This document shows positions 8,722-15,735 of a stretch of 20,000 nucleotides of DNA, piece after piece (the first letter of the stretch is position 1; every line of letters begins with the position of its first letter). Source of the stretch: an uncultured virus (IMG/VR IMGVR_UViG_3300043774_001054). Lineage: Duplodnaviria; Heunggongvirae; Uroviricota; Caudoviricetes. The notes beneath the pieces are model-generated. The model saw only the letters and a program-made list of their open reading frames with translations. It was not told the origin of the DNA and did no database searches. The stretch covers positions 53,458 through 73,457 of the IMG/VR virus record IMGVR_UViG_3300043774_001054, one strand, 5' to 3'. A program made the position numbers and the translations under genes.

Positions 8722-9104
8722 TTGATTTCCTCCGTCGCGGCAAGGGCGGCAAGAAACGCCTGCTCATGTTTTGCGAAAACCGCTACCGAGTCGGGCGAGA
8801 GCTTGTCTCCCCAAACCATTTGCCAAGATCGCGCGATCATAAGGGATTCGACGCCGTGCTCCCTTAGCACGCGCACCCGCTCGCGCTCGGCGGTGAGGGC
8901 GGCAAGCGCGGCAGTCCCTTCGTCATGGTAAAGCGTCTCGCTCGCCTTGGTGTAGTTGAGTTCACTGCGTAGTTGAGCCACCGCCCACGCCTCGGAGTCG
9001 GCGATGAGTTGGGCGGCTGCGGTCAGGTCGCGGTTGTGAACCATGCGGAAAACATCGGCGGCAAGTTGCTTGTGTGTCTCGCTCGGTTGATCGGGTGGGT
9101 TCAT
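8718..9104 (-). CDS. Hypothetical protein sharing the MNPPDQP N-terminus with the downstream gene
   Basis: Start reassigned to ATG 9104; GC-rich; ATGA overlap. Confidence 0.75.
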   Translation of the reverse strand: MNPPDQPSETHKQLAADVFRMVHNRDLTAAAQLIADSEAWAVAQLRSELNYTKASETLYHDEGTAALAALTAERERVRVLREHGVESLMIARSWQMVWGDKLSPDSVAVFAKHEQAFLAALAATEEIK

Positions 9105-9105
9105 A

Positions 9106-9291
9106 TTAGTTTGGATTGGTTTTAGAGTATTCCTTGGCCAACTCATTGGCTCTAGCCAATTCTCTTTCAAGAAATTCTTCAAAGAGGCCATGGTTCGTAA
9201 TTTCTACGCCTGGTATTGAAAAGCGATACTTGAAAGATTTGATAGTGCCTTCAAGCACGCCGCATTTGTAAGCCAGATCGATGTTATTCAT
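9106..9291 (-). CDS. Hypothetical early protein
   Basis: 61 aa directly after the early promoter at 9301..9329. Confidence 0.75.
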   Translation of the reverse strand: MNNIDLAYKCGVLEGTIKSFKYRFSIPGVEITNHGLFEEFLERELARANELAKEYSKTNPN

Positions 9292-9300
9292 TATGATACA

Positions 9301-9362
9301 ATCCTACAACATTCCATCAAAAAGTAAACCACAAAGATGTGGTCTAAGTGATTGATAGTCAA
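9301..9362 (-). repeat. Early-promoter plus palindrome cassette, copy 1
   Basis: 57/62 nt identical to 10831..10892; GTTTAC-N17-TAGGAT; ACCACA..TGTGGT and TTGA-tag-TCAA palindromes. Confidence 0.9.
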
Positions 9363-9365
9363 CAC

Positions 9366-10457
9366 TCACTCATAATTTCTGATAGAAGTGACGTATGGAA
9401 ACCGTGGAATACCGTATGGGCTGAGGTGGAAGAACTGGCACGTGGCTTTCTCACCGATGTATCGATCCTTGTTCTGGAATAGATCGGCAAGGAATTCGTG
9501 AGAACCCTTGATGTTGGAATTGAAGTTCTCACCCTTATCATTTTTGAGTACCATGAATCCAGCCATGCCCGTGCGGTTACCCGTACCCTCACCGATTTCA
9601 AGGATTTCATATTCGGCGTCCTGGAATTCTTTGCGCTTCAGCAGAGTCTTTGACCGTTTGCGTTCATAGAGACCATCCGTGCGAACCATCTGACCCTCAT
9701 AACCGTCGCTCATATAGCTTTCATATTCGGTATCAAGGTCCTTTTTGTCGAAGGCGACCGAAGTTTCCACGAGGACAATGGTATCGTCTTCCGGAAGGTT
9801 TCCGCAAAGCCACTTACGACGGTCGCTAAATGTCTTATCGGTATCAATGACATCATAGACCCAATACTGAATCACATTGGCAGATTCATCTAGATCAGCC
9901 TGAGTCGGCTTGGTCTTACGGACCAGCGATACAATCTTATTGAAATCATTATTTAACTTGTCGCAGTAAAGCTCACCGTCCAAAACGGCATCGGGAAACT
10001 CTTGAAAGAAGGACTCCAGAGCCTTAAGGACATGCGGAGCCGATTTAAAAATCTTGCCCTGACGACTAAACATCGTCGTAGAAGTGCAGAGGCAACGAAT
10101 GCCATCTAGCTTGGGCTGTGAAAAGACGGGGTATTTAAGGTCGTCTTCACGGTCCTCAAACTTCTGCGCCAGCATACAGTCGATCATCGTGGGCTTGTCG
10201 ATGTTTTTAATGTCGAGATGGTAACCTGTTTCCTCACGTTTACGGAAGATTGCATCGGCCTCAAAGCGCGCCTGCATTTCCGCATTACGTTCATTTGCGC
10301 GGCCGACATTGGTGGGCTGGGCATAGTACCATTCGGTCGTGGTTTTCTTACCATCGACCTGACCATAGATGGTGCGGTAACGACCGCCGTCAATTTCGAT
10401 GGTCCAGGTCTGCGTGGCACCCGTAGAAGTGCGTGAATAAAGTGTTGGAAGTTTCAT
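9366..10457 (-). CDS. lig: ATP-dependent DNA ligase
   Basis: Motif I QPKLDGIR, III VLDGELY, IIIa YWVYDV, IV GYEGQMVR, V LLKRK, C-terminal PRFP; start reassigned to ATG 10457. Confidence 0.96.
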   Translation of the reverse strand: MKLPTLYSRTSTGATQTWTIEIDGGRYRTIYGQVDGKKTTTEWYYAQPTNVGRANERNAEMQARFEADAIFRKREETGYHLDIKNIDKPTMIDCMLAQKFEDREDDLKYPVFSQPKLDGIRCLCTSTTMFSRQGKIFKSAPHVLKALESFFQEFPDAVLDGELYCDKLNNDFNKIVSLVRKTKPTQADLDESANVIQYWVYDVIDTDKTFSDRRKWLCGNLPEDDTIVLVETSVAFDKKDLDTEYESYMSDGYEGQMVRTDGLYERKRSKTLLKRKEFQDAEYEILEIGEGTGNRTGMAGFMVLKNDKGENFNSNIKGSHEFLADLFQNKDRYIGEKATCQFFHLSPYGIPRFPYVTSIRNYE

Positions 10458-10464
10458 GTTAAAA

Positions 10465-10824
10465 TTAAGCCGCGTAGGCATTCTGCAATTTATAGGGCGA
10501 CTTGGTTGGCTCCTTGACGGAACCATACCACTCAACTTGCTGTTTCTCCTCGTGAGTCAGTTCGCCCACGGGAAGAAGGTACCAGTCAATGACGTACTCC
10601 TGCCACGAGTCATCGTTGCGGGTTACCGCAATACGAAGCTCTTCCACAAAGGAACTGACCTTTGACCGATCCTGGACCTCGGTGAGGTCTAGAGCAATCG
10701 GATGGCGGTACTCATAACCACCCTTGGCTTTCCAGTACTGCGGGCACTGGCCTTTGCCGTCCCAGTCATGGGCTCCGTAGTTCTCGTGAACCTGAGTGGA
10801 AACGACAATGTTAAATTTGATCAT
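10465..10824 (-). CDS. Conserved-type hypothetical early protein, probably leaderless
   Basis: TQVHENYGAHDWDGKGQCPQYWKAKGG motif; ATG 6 nt after -10. Confidence 0.85.
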   Translation of the reverse strand: MIKFNIVVSTQVHENYGAHDWDGKGQCPQYWKAKGGYEYRHPIALDLTEVQDRSKVSSFVEELRIAVTRNDDSWQEYVIDWYLLPVGELTHEEKQQVEWYGSVKEPTKSPYKLQNAYAA

Positions 10825-10830
10825 GCATAC

Positions 10831-10892
10831 ATCCTACATCAATCCATCAAAAAGTAAACCACAAAGATATGGTCTAAGTTGTTGATAGTCAA
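10831..10892 (-). repeat. Early-promoter plus palindrome cassette, copy 2
   Basis: 57/62 nt identical to 9301..9362. Confidence 0.9.
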
Positions 10893-10929
10893 TATGAGCA
10901 ATATTAATATGCCCAAAAAACCAAGAGTA

Positions 10930-11685
10930 TCAGAAAATCTTCTCTAACTTGTTGATTATGTTGGCCCTCTTGTCGCGGGCGTGTTTTTCACCAGGATCAA
11001 AGTTACCCCACTTCTGTTTTACATTGATTTCAGCTAGGCGAGTGCGTTGGACATCATACTTCTTTCCCACCCGAGCTATGGGTCCGAGGTGTTTGCAATG
11101 AAGCAACCAGCACGTTGGTACCGTGAACTTATGGTTCTTATTGTCTATCAGATACCGTTCACCCAACTTAGAGGTCACGTGGCACTGGTGAGCGCCAGGA
11201 GCAAACTCCAACTTGGTGATTCGCTTTGGCGCAAACAGAATCGGCTTGGAGTACCATCTGTCATCTCTGGCTCCATGGACCACCTCATCATAAATCTGAC
11301 CCGAGCCCGTGGGAAAGTTTTCCGAATACATTTCGTAGCCATAGGGCTGTACGATATGAACATTGTTGCGGTCGTATTCCTCCAATGTCTTGGTAACACC
11401 ATTCGGAAAGTAGATCAGTTCATCGGCATCCGCAGTAATGACCCAATCGGCGTCGGTTCCAATCCATGCTGTGCTTTTGAGTTCACGGCTTAGATCGTCA
11501 TTGAGCACGCCGCCCGTATCCCAATCACGTACCTCTGCACCATACTCCTTACAGATTTCTCTCGTTCTATCCGTGCTAAAGGAGTCATGAACTATGATTC
11601 GAGTCGCAAATTGGGAGTAATGCCTTAACGTGTAGGGCAGAATATCCTCCTCATTGTAGGTAAGGATATGAACCTGAATCTTCAT
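10930..11685 (-). CDS. Glycosyltransferase, family 2 (GT-A fold)
   Basis: ILTYNEEDIL, VHDSFSTDRT and WVITADADE (DxD) motifs. Confidence 0.92.
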   Translation of the reverse strand: MKIQVHILTYNEEDILPYTLRHYSQFATRIIVHDSFSTDRTREICKEYGAEVRDWDTGGVLNDDLSRELKSTAWIGTDADWVITADADELIYFPNGVTKTLEEYDRNNVHIVQPYGYEMYSENFPTGSGQIYDEVVHGARDDRWYSKPILFAPKRITKLEFAPGAHQCHVTSKLGERYLIDNKNHKFTVPTCWLLHCKHLGPIARVGKKYDVQRTRLAEINVKQKWGNFDPGEKHARDKRANIINKLEKIF

Positions 11686-12269
11686 TCTTTAATCTTCTTG
11701 AGGGCGACCTGGTAACCACGACCCGGAAGAAGTTCCATTTCCTTGGCATAGCAATTGATGAAAGCATCAACAGCCATCTTGGGGCGGTCAATCTCCTTTG
11801 GCAATGCTGTCCATTGATAGTCGTCAAAGATCATGATACCGCCGACCTTGAGCAGCTCAAAACCAATGACGGCATCACGGAGACAACCACGCGCCGAATG
11901 GTCGGCATCGACATAAAGGAAGTCAAAGGTACCGGAACCCACACTCGTCACAGATAGCATCTGTTTGTGGGACATGTTCTCGATGAATGCCTTATTGGTG
12001 AAACGGGCTAAACGTTCCTCTGCAATCTCATAGTTCCTCGATACATCAATTCCATGGAGATGATGTTCGTCACTACCTTTAAAGGTATCGACGCAATACA
12101 GAAAAGAATCTTTATGGGTGCAGATGTTATCCAAAAACCATTCGGCAGAAGAACCCTGGAAGGTTCCAAGCTCCATGCCTTTACACGGTGTGTCCTTGAG
12201 ATGGCCGAGCCATTCAATCCAGCGCGGTCCTCTTACAGTTCCTGTTTCCGATTTTGCAATGTGTTCCAT
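11682..12269 (-). CDS. Class I SAM-dependent methyltransferase (Methyltransf_24-like)
   Basis: MELGTFQGSS, CVDTF, FDFLYVDADH and LLKVGGIMIFDDY motifs. Confidence 0.92.
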   Translation of the reverse strand: MEHIAKSETGTVRGPRWIEWLGHLKDTPCKGMELGTFQGSSAEWFLDNICTHKDSFLYCVDTFKGSDEHHLHGIDVSRNYEIAEERLARFTNKAFIENMSHKQMLSVTSVGSGTFDFLYVDADHSARGCLRDAVIGFELLKVGGIMIFDDYQWTALPKEIDRPKMAVDAFINCYAKEMELLPGRGYQVALKKIKE

Positions 12270-12273
12270 GGGT

Positions 12274-12423
12274 TTATTTAGGCTGTTTTAAAGGTTTGTT
12301 TTTCTTGACTACTTCCTTGTGCTCCTTGGGAATCTTCTTGAAGATGTCGTCCCAGGTTGAATTAAACTCATCTCGCGATACAGAGAATGGTCGCGGCTTT
12401 GATCCTTTGCCATTTGTGCTCAT
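12274..12423 (-). CDS. Small basic phage protein (49 aa)
   Basis: Manual translation MSTNGKGSKPRPFSVSRDEFNSTWDDIFKK...; ATGA overlap with 12420..12647; not in the ORF track. Confidence 0.8.
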   Translation of the reverse strand: MSTNGKGSKPRPFSVSRDEFNSTWDDIFKKIPKEHKEVVKKNKPLKQPK

Positions 12424-12647
12424 TTTAGTTTCTTACCGTAAAAAGCCCCGACCCTGCGTATTGCGGGCAATAAGTTTTCAAGGTATTTAAGTTCTTGGAT
12501 ATAAACCAGTTTTCCTGATTTCTCTGCTTTCTTACGGAGCTTTCGGATGTCCTCCGACATTAACGTATAATGGTACTGAAGGTCATTTGCCACAATGTGA
12601 TCAAATACCTCAACCTCAAGTTCCATCTGGAAAACCTTCTTTTTCAT
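12420..12647 (-). CDS. Hypothetical protein
   Basis: 75 aa; fits operon packing. Confidence 0.75.
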   Translation of the reverse strand: MKKKVFQMELEVEVFDHIVANDLQYHYTLMSEDIRKLRKKAEKSGKLVYIQELKYLENLLPAIRRVGAFYGKKLK

Positions 12648-12652
12648 ATTAA

Positions 12653-12877
12653 TCAGTACAATCCATCGCCAGGCACATTTGTATCAAGGTACTCTTTGAG
12701 TTCAATGTTCTCGTTATACAGTTCTTCTAATCTTTGAGCGGCTTCAAATATGGCTGCATTGGCTACTCCATCGTCGCTTTGTATATCTCTTGCGAGTATG
12801 TGCATAGCCGCTATTAAAGTTTCGGTGGATGATTTCACAGCTTCGTCCACTTGGTACCAAGGAAGAATCGTTGGCAT
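12653..12877 (-). CDS. Hypothetical phage protein
   Basis: LIAAMHILARDIQSDDGVANAAIFEAAQRLEEL motif. Confidence 0.75.
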   Translation of the reverse strand: MPTILPWYQVDEAVKSSTETLIAAMHILARDIQSDDGVANAAIFEAAQRLEELYNENIELKEYLDTNVPGDGLY

Positions 12878-13050
12878 TGTCTACGGAACCAATTCGGTAC
12901 ATGCTTTTTTTCATAGACAAAACAGACTACGAGCCAATTATCTCCAAATACATCGCACTTATAGATGGGCTCTTTCTTTTCCCGGAACGTCAACGGTTCA
13001 ACGGTACTAGTTTTATAGATTAGGGTATTGTCGGCACGAGTCTCAGTCAT
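12835..13050 (-). CDS. Hypothetical protein
   Basis: Start reassigned to ATG 13050 (ATGACTGA overlap); PNWFRRQCQRFFLGTKW motif. Confidence 0.7.
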   Translation of the reverse strand: MTETRADNTLIYKTSTVEPLTFREKKEPIYKCDVFGDNWLVVCFVYEKKHVPNWFRRQCQRFFLGTKWTKL

Positions 13051-13180
13051 AGTAGCCGTCCTCTCTAAGTTCTTTTTCAATTTTTTTGTTTTTTTCATTT
13101 AGAACTGATATAAAGACAATTAGCACCACTACGGCACAAAGCGCAATAAGACCTCCAATAATGAGAATGCTTTTAATCAT
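13043..13180 (-). CDS. Small single-TM protein (45 aa)
   Basis: Manual translation MIKSILIIGGLIALCAVVVLIVFISVLNEKNKKIEKELREDGYYD; overlaps both neighbours by 8 nt. Confidence 0.7.
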   Translation of the reverse strand: MIKSILIIGGLIALCAVVVLIVFISVLNEKNKKIEKELREDGYYD

Positions 13181-13670
13181 TGATAAAATCCACAATTTCT
13201 TGGATCATTTCTGGAGTGAGGTCCTGAGCTTCATAACCGTAATACGGCTTGATGTTAAAATACTTTGGAATCGGATCAATGAGGTTAAGAAATTCAATCT
13301 TGCTCATATTGTCTCTCCTAGGAAGGTTATCAATAAGGTATGATTGTGCATTTGGAAATCCAGACAGCTCAATTCCTCCGCGGATATGAATGTCGTCCCG
13401 ATGATAGATTTGTGAATTCTTAAACCCTAATTTAAATACTTCATTCCAGCTTTCCGCATATTCCTGCGTTGCAGCGGTAAGAATGTAACAGGGTGCAATT
13501 TCTCTGAGTACCTTTAATAGGTCGAGTGCTCCGGGGCGGAGCACCGCTCTATAGGTATCATTATGGTCAATTTTAATGACCTTGGAACCTTCACGCGGCT
13601 CATCATTCCATGGGTCGCAATGAATCAGAGTTTCATCAAGATCAACAAAAATGTATTTAGTTTTAGCCAT
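13173..13670 (-). CDS. HAD-superfamily phosphatase (NIF/FCP1-like)
   Basis: FVDLDETLIH (DxDxT), LRPG, ILTAA and LIDN motifs. Confidence 0.88.
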   Translation of the reverse strand: MAKTKYIFVDLDETLIHCDPWNDEPREGSKVIKIDHNDTYRAVLRPGALDLLKVLREIAPCYILTAATQEYAESWNEVFKLGFKNSQIYHRDDIHIRGGIELSGFPNAQSYLIDNLPRRDNMSKIEFLNLIDPIPKYFNIKPYYGYEAQDLTPEMIQEIVDFIND

Positions 13671-13678
13671 AAAAGAAT

Positions 13679-13706
13679 ACTATATTACTTATCCAAATTT
13701 GTAAAC
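13679..13706 (-). promoter_or_regulatory. Early promoter
   Basis: GTTTAC-N16-TATAGT, 8 nt upstream of ATG 13670. Confidence 0.65.
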
Positions 13707-13747
13707 AAAAAAGGACCCAATGAATTTATTTTTTCATTGGGTCCTTT
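13707..13747 (-). terminator. Intrinsic terminator ending the tRNA-island transcript
   Basis: Stem AAAGGACCCAATGAA/TTCATTGGGTCCTTT running into a T-tract, just after tRNA-Ala. Confidence 0.85.
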
Positions 13748-13750
13748 AAG

Positions 13751-13826
13751 TGGTGGACCAGACAGGGATCGAACCTGCGACCGTCTGCTTGCAAAGCAGC
13801 CTCTCTACCAACTGAGATACTAGCCC
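13751..13826 (-). tRNA. tRNA-Ala(TGC)
   Basis: Cloverleaf, G3:U70, encoded CCA. Confidence 0.95.
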
Positions 13827-13833
13827 GAATTAA

Positions 13834-14499
13834 TTAGAACTTGAGGGTAACAGCCGAACGGAGACCAACCGTGGTCTTATCGAGATTGCCGTCCTGGAGG
13901 ACAACAAAACCGGCTGATAGGACCTTCCATGAAGCATCAAGTGAACCGCCGTAGTAGGCATTGGTGTATTTGATTTCCTTGACGGTGCGTGGGAAAACAT
14001 CATTTGCGTCGGTATAACCAGCAAATACTGTACCCGTGAGACCGAAGTCGCCAGCAAACTTGGCAGTTTGTGCAAACTTAGCTTCAACATTGGAGAGGTC
14101 GGATTCAACATCATAGCGTCCGGTAACGGTCACTGGACCCTTACCAACGGTAACGAATGGACGGAAGTGTCCATTTGAATCCTTACCCGGACGATTCTTC
14201 ATTGCATACTCGGTACCAACTTTTACGTCGGCAAGAGTTGAGACGAATGTATAACCGCCAAGGAATTTGAACTGGTAGAAATCGACAGAATCAATACCAT
14301 TGAGATGGGTATCTGCCGATGCTCCGACATTGAAACTGCCGATTGAGTAGTCGACTGCGGTAACAGCCGAACCCTTCGTATCAGTGACTTTGCCGAAGTC
14401 AATTCCTTTTTCTTGGTATCCAACCGAAACCGTGCCGCCAGCAAAGGCAGACGCAACAGCAAGAACCGAGATGAGTGTGAGTTTGATTAGTTTATTCAT
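13834..14499 (-). CDS. Outer-membrane beta-barrel protein (porin-like)
   Basis: Sec signal ending in AFA, alternating amphipathic strands, terminal Phe (TLKF). Confidence 0.85.
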   Translation of the reverse strand: MNKLIKLTLISVLAVASAFAGGTVSVGYQEKGIDFGKVTDTKGSAVTAVDYSIGSFNVGASADTHLNGIDSVDFYQFKFLGGYTFVSTLADVKVGTEYAMKNRPGKDSNGHFRPFVTVGKGPVTVTGRYDVESDLSNVEAKFAQTAKFAGDFGLTGTVFAGYTDANDVFPRTVKEIKYTNAYYGGSLDASWKVLSAGFVVLQDGNLDKTTVGLRSAVTLKF

Positions 14500-14506
14500 A
14501 CGTTAT

Positions 14507-14514
14507 TATTTATA
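14507..14514 (-). promoter_or_regulatory. T4-type late promoter
   Basis: TATAAATA 7 nt upstream of the beta-barrel ATG. Confidence 0.8.
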
Positions 14515-14528
14515 TTTCCTATCCAAAG

Positions 14529-14623
14529 TGGACCGCGTGTAGGGCTCGAACCTACATCTTCAGTTTCGTTCAGGGTGTACTTGACCTGTAACACTGAAAT
14601 CTTATCCTTTAGACGAACGCGGT
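14529..14623 (-). ncRNA. tRNA-like RNA (Arg-like body) with about 21 extra nt in the anticodon loop
   Basis: Acceptor ACCGCGT/ACGCGGT, D arm with GGATA, T arm GTAGG-TTCGAGC-CCTAC; 28-nt anticodon loop ending ACG-AA. Confidence 0.8.
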
Positions 14624-14642
14624 TTATGCTTTACTTTGCCGT

Positions 14643-14761
14643 ATTCCATAGCCTCATATTCGATCAATAATAGATCACATCCGATTCGCTACTTAGCCGA
14701 TGGACTTTATTTAAAGACCGCGGATACGCATAATATCCGCGTGAGGTTCAGTACCTGGAAT
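14643..14761 (-). ncRNA. Putative structured ncRNA (about 120 nt)
   Basis: Closing ATTCCA/TGGAAT, hairpin CGCGGATA/TATCCGCG and smaller hairpins; follows a promoter and boxA-like motif; no ORF. Confidence 0.55.
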
Positions 14762-14795
14762 CTTTTGAGAATGACTGTAAAAGAACTATGATAGA

Positions 14796-14824
14796 ACTAT
14801 ATCTCAACGCCGTCAAAAGTAAAC
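14796..14824 (-). promoter_or_regulatory. Early promoter driving non-coding RNAs
   Basis: GTTTAC-N17-TATAGT, followed by GTTCTTT. Confidence 0.75.
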
Positions 14825-14832
14825 AACAAAGT

Positions 14833-15069
14833 TCACTTTTTCTGCAATTCAATAAGTCTATCTAAAATGTAAAGAGCCATTTGAAAGTTTCCACAGTCAA
14901 TGGCCGCAATTAGTTCTTTTTTCAAATTCCACGCCTTTTCAGCATCGGTCCACGCATCCATGCTATATGCAAGAGAGTTTGGCGTCAATGGAGAGTTTCT
15001 CGCATACGCATTGGCAACCGTCTTCATGGACGGATTCATTGCCATTGGTTGTATCGGTGCTATCTCCAT
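14833..15069 (-). CDS. Hypothetical protein
   Basis: 78 aa; late-promoter-like AATAAATA 5 nt upstream of the ATG. Confidence 0.7.
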   Translation of the reverse strand: MEIAPIQPMAMNPSMKTVANAYARNSPLTPNSLAYSMDAWTDAEKAWNLKKELIAAIDCGNFQMALYILDRLIELQKK

Positions 15070-15101
15070 CTATCTATTTATTATTTTGTAACATTTAGAA
15101 G

Positions 15102-15178
15102 TGGTGCTCATTGTAGGACTCGAACCTACGACCCTCTCGGTGTAAGCGAGATGCTCTAACCAACTGAGCTAAACGAGC
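15102..15178 (-). tRNA. tRNA-Val(TAC)
   Basis: Canonical cloverleaf, CCA. Confidence 0.95.
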
Positions 15179-15182
15179 AAAA

Positions 15183-15260
15183 TGGTTCACTATGGAACTG
15201 GAAGCCGTGTTCCTCCTTTTTGCCGGCATGGCAAACTGCTCTCCGTTGAGCTATTAGTGA
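15183..15260 (-). ncRNA. Atypical tRNA-like RNA (normal D arm, non-canonical anticodon and T loops)
   Basis: TCACTA/TAGTGA-ACCA, TAGCTC..GAGC, TTTGCC/GGCAAA, GGAAC-N10-GTTCC. Confidence 0.7.
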
Positions 15261-15263
15261 AAA

Positions 15264-15634
15264 TGGTGGACCTGAGGGGAGTTGAACCCCTGTGTTCAAT
15301 AATTTTTCCGATAATTTTCTACAAGCTTAGTACTACTTAACTGTCGCCATGATACCGTAATACTGTATCATGATTGTTTTGGTGAGGATACACATCTTGT
15401 ACACCACTTCAAGACGGTCTCGCTTTTTATGACGAGTGTAACACTTAGCGAGAATCTGTGTTATCTACTCGATCACAGTTTTTAGGCTGCGAGTGGCATT
15501 TCTTCGGCGAAACCGAAGAAATTGCTGAGGGCTTTATTAATGCCGTTTAACTTTTTACCAGTTTTTAAAAGGTATCCGGAGAACCTTGCTTGCTTACTAT
15601 AAGTCTATTACTGAGTCGAATCCAGTACAGGCCC
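15264..15634 (-). ncRNA. ssrA: tmRNA
   Basis: 5' GGGCCTGTACTGGATTCGAC; 3' T arm plus CAGGTCCACCA with G3:U; 371 nt; internal frame ending LAA-stop. Confidence 0.96.
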
Positions 15635-15655
15635 ATAAATTTAAAAGAACGAAAT

Positions 15656-15729
15656 TGGATGCTGGGGATGGAATTGAACCATCAGCTCCGCGTTATGAGC
15701 GCGACGAGTTACCGTTACTCTACCCGGCA
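15656..15729 (-). tRNA. tRNA-Met(CAT), atypical
   Basis: Loop CTCATAA; initiator-like A11:U24 but no three consecutive G:C pairs; C4.A69 mismatch; U73. Confidence 0.8.
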
Positions 15730-15735
15730 GGAAAA

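Noticed and set aside
255..13823. Plus-strand and alternate-frame ORFs overlapping called genes (all except 1811..2770)
   Set aside because: Shadows of tightly coupled genes; no motifs or promoters
14529..14623. Ochre suppressor (TTA) produced by canonical bulge-helix-bulge splicing
   Set aside because: That register gives G33 and C37 and no proper second bulge and helix; TAA is used as a normal stop throughout the window
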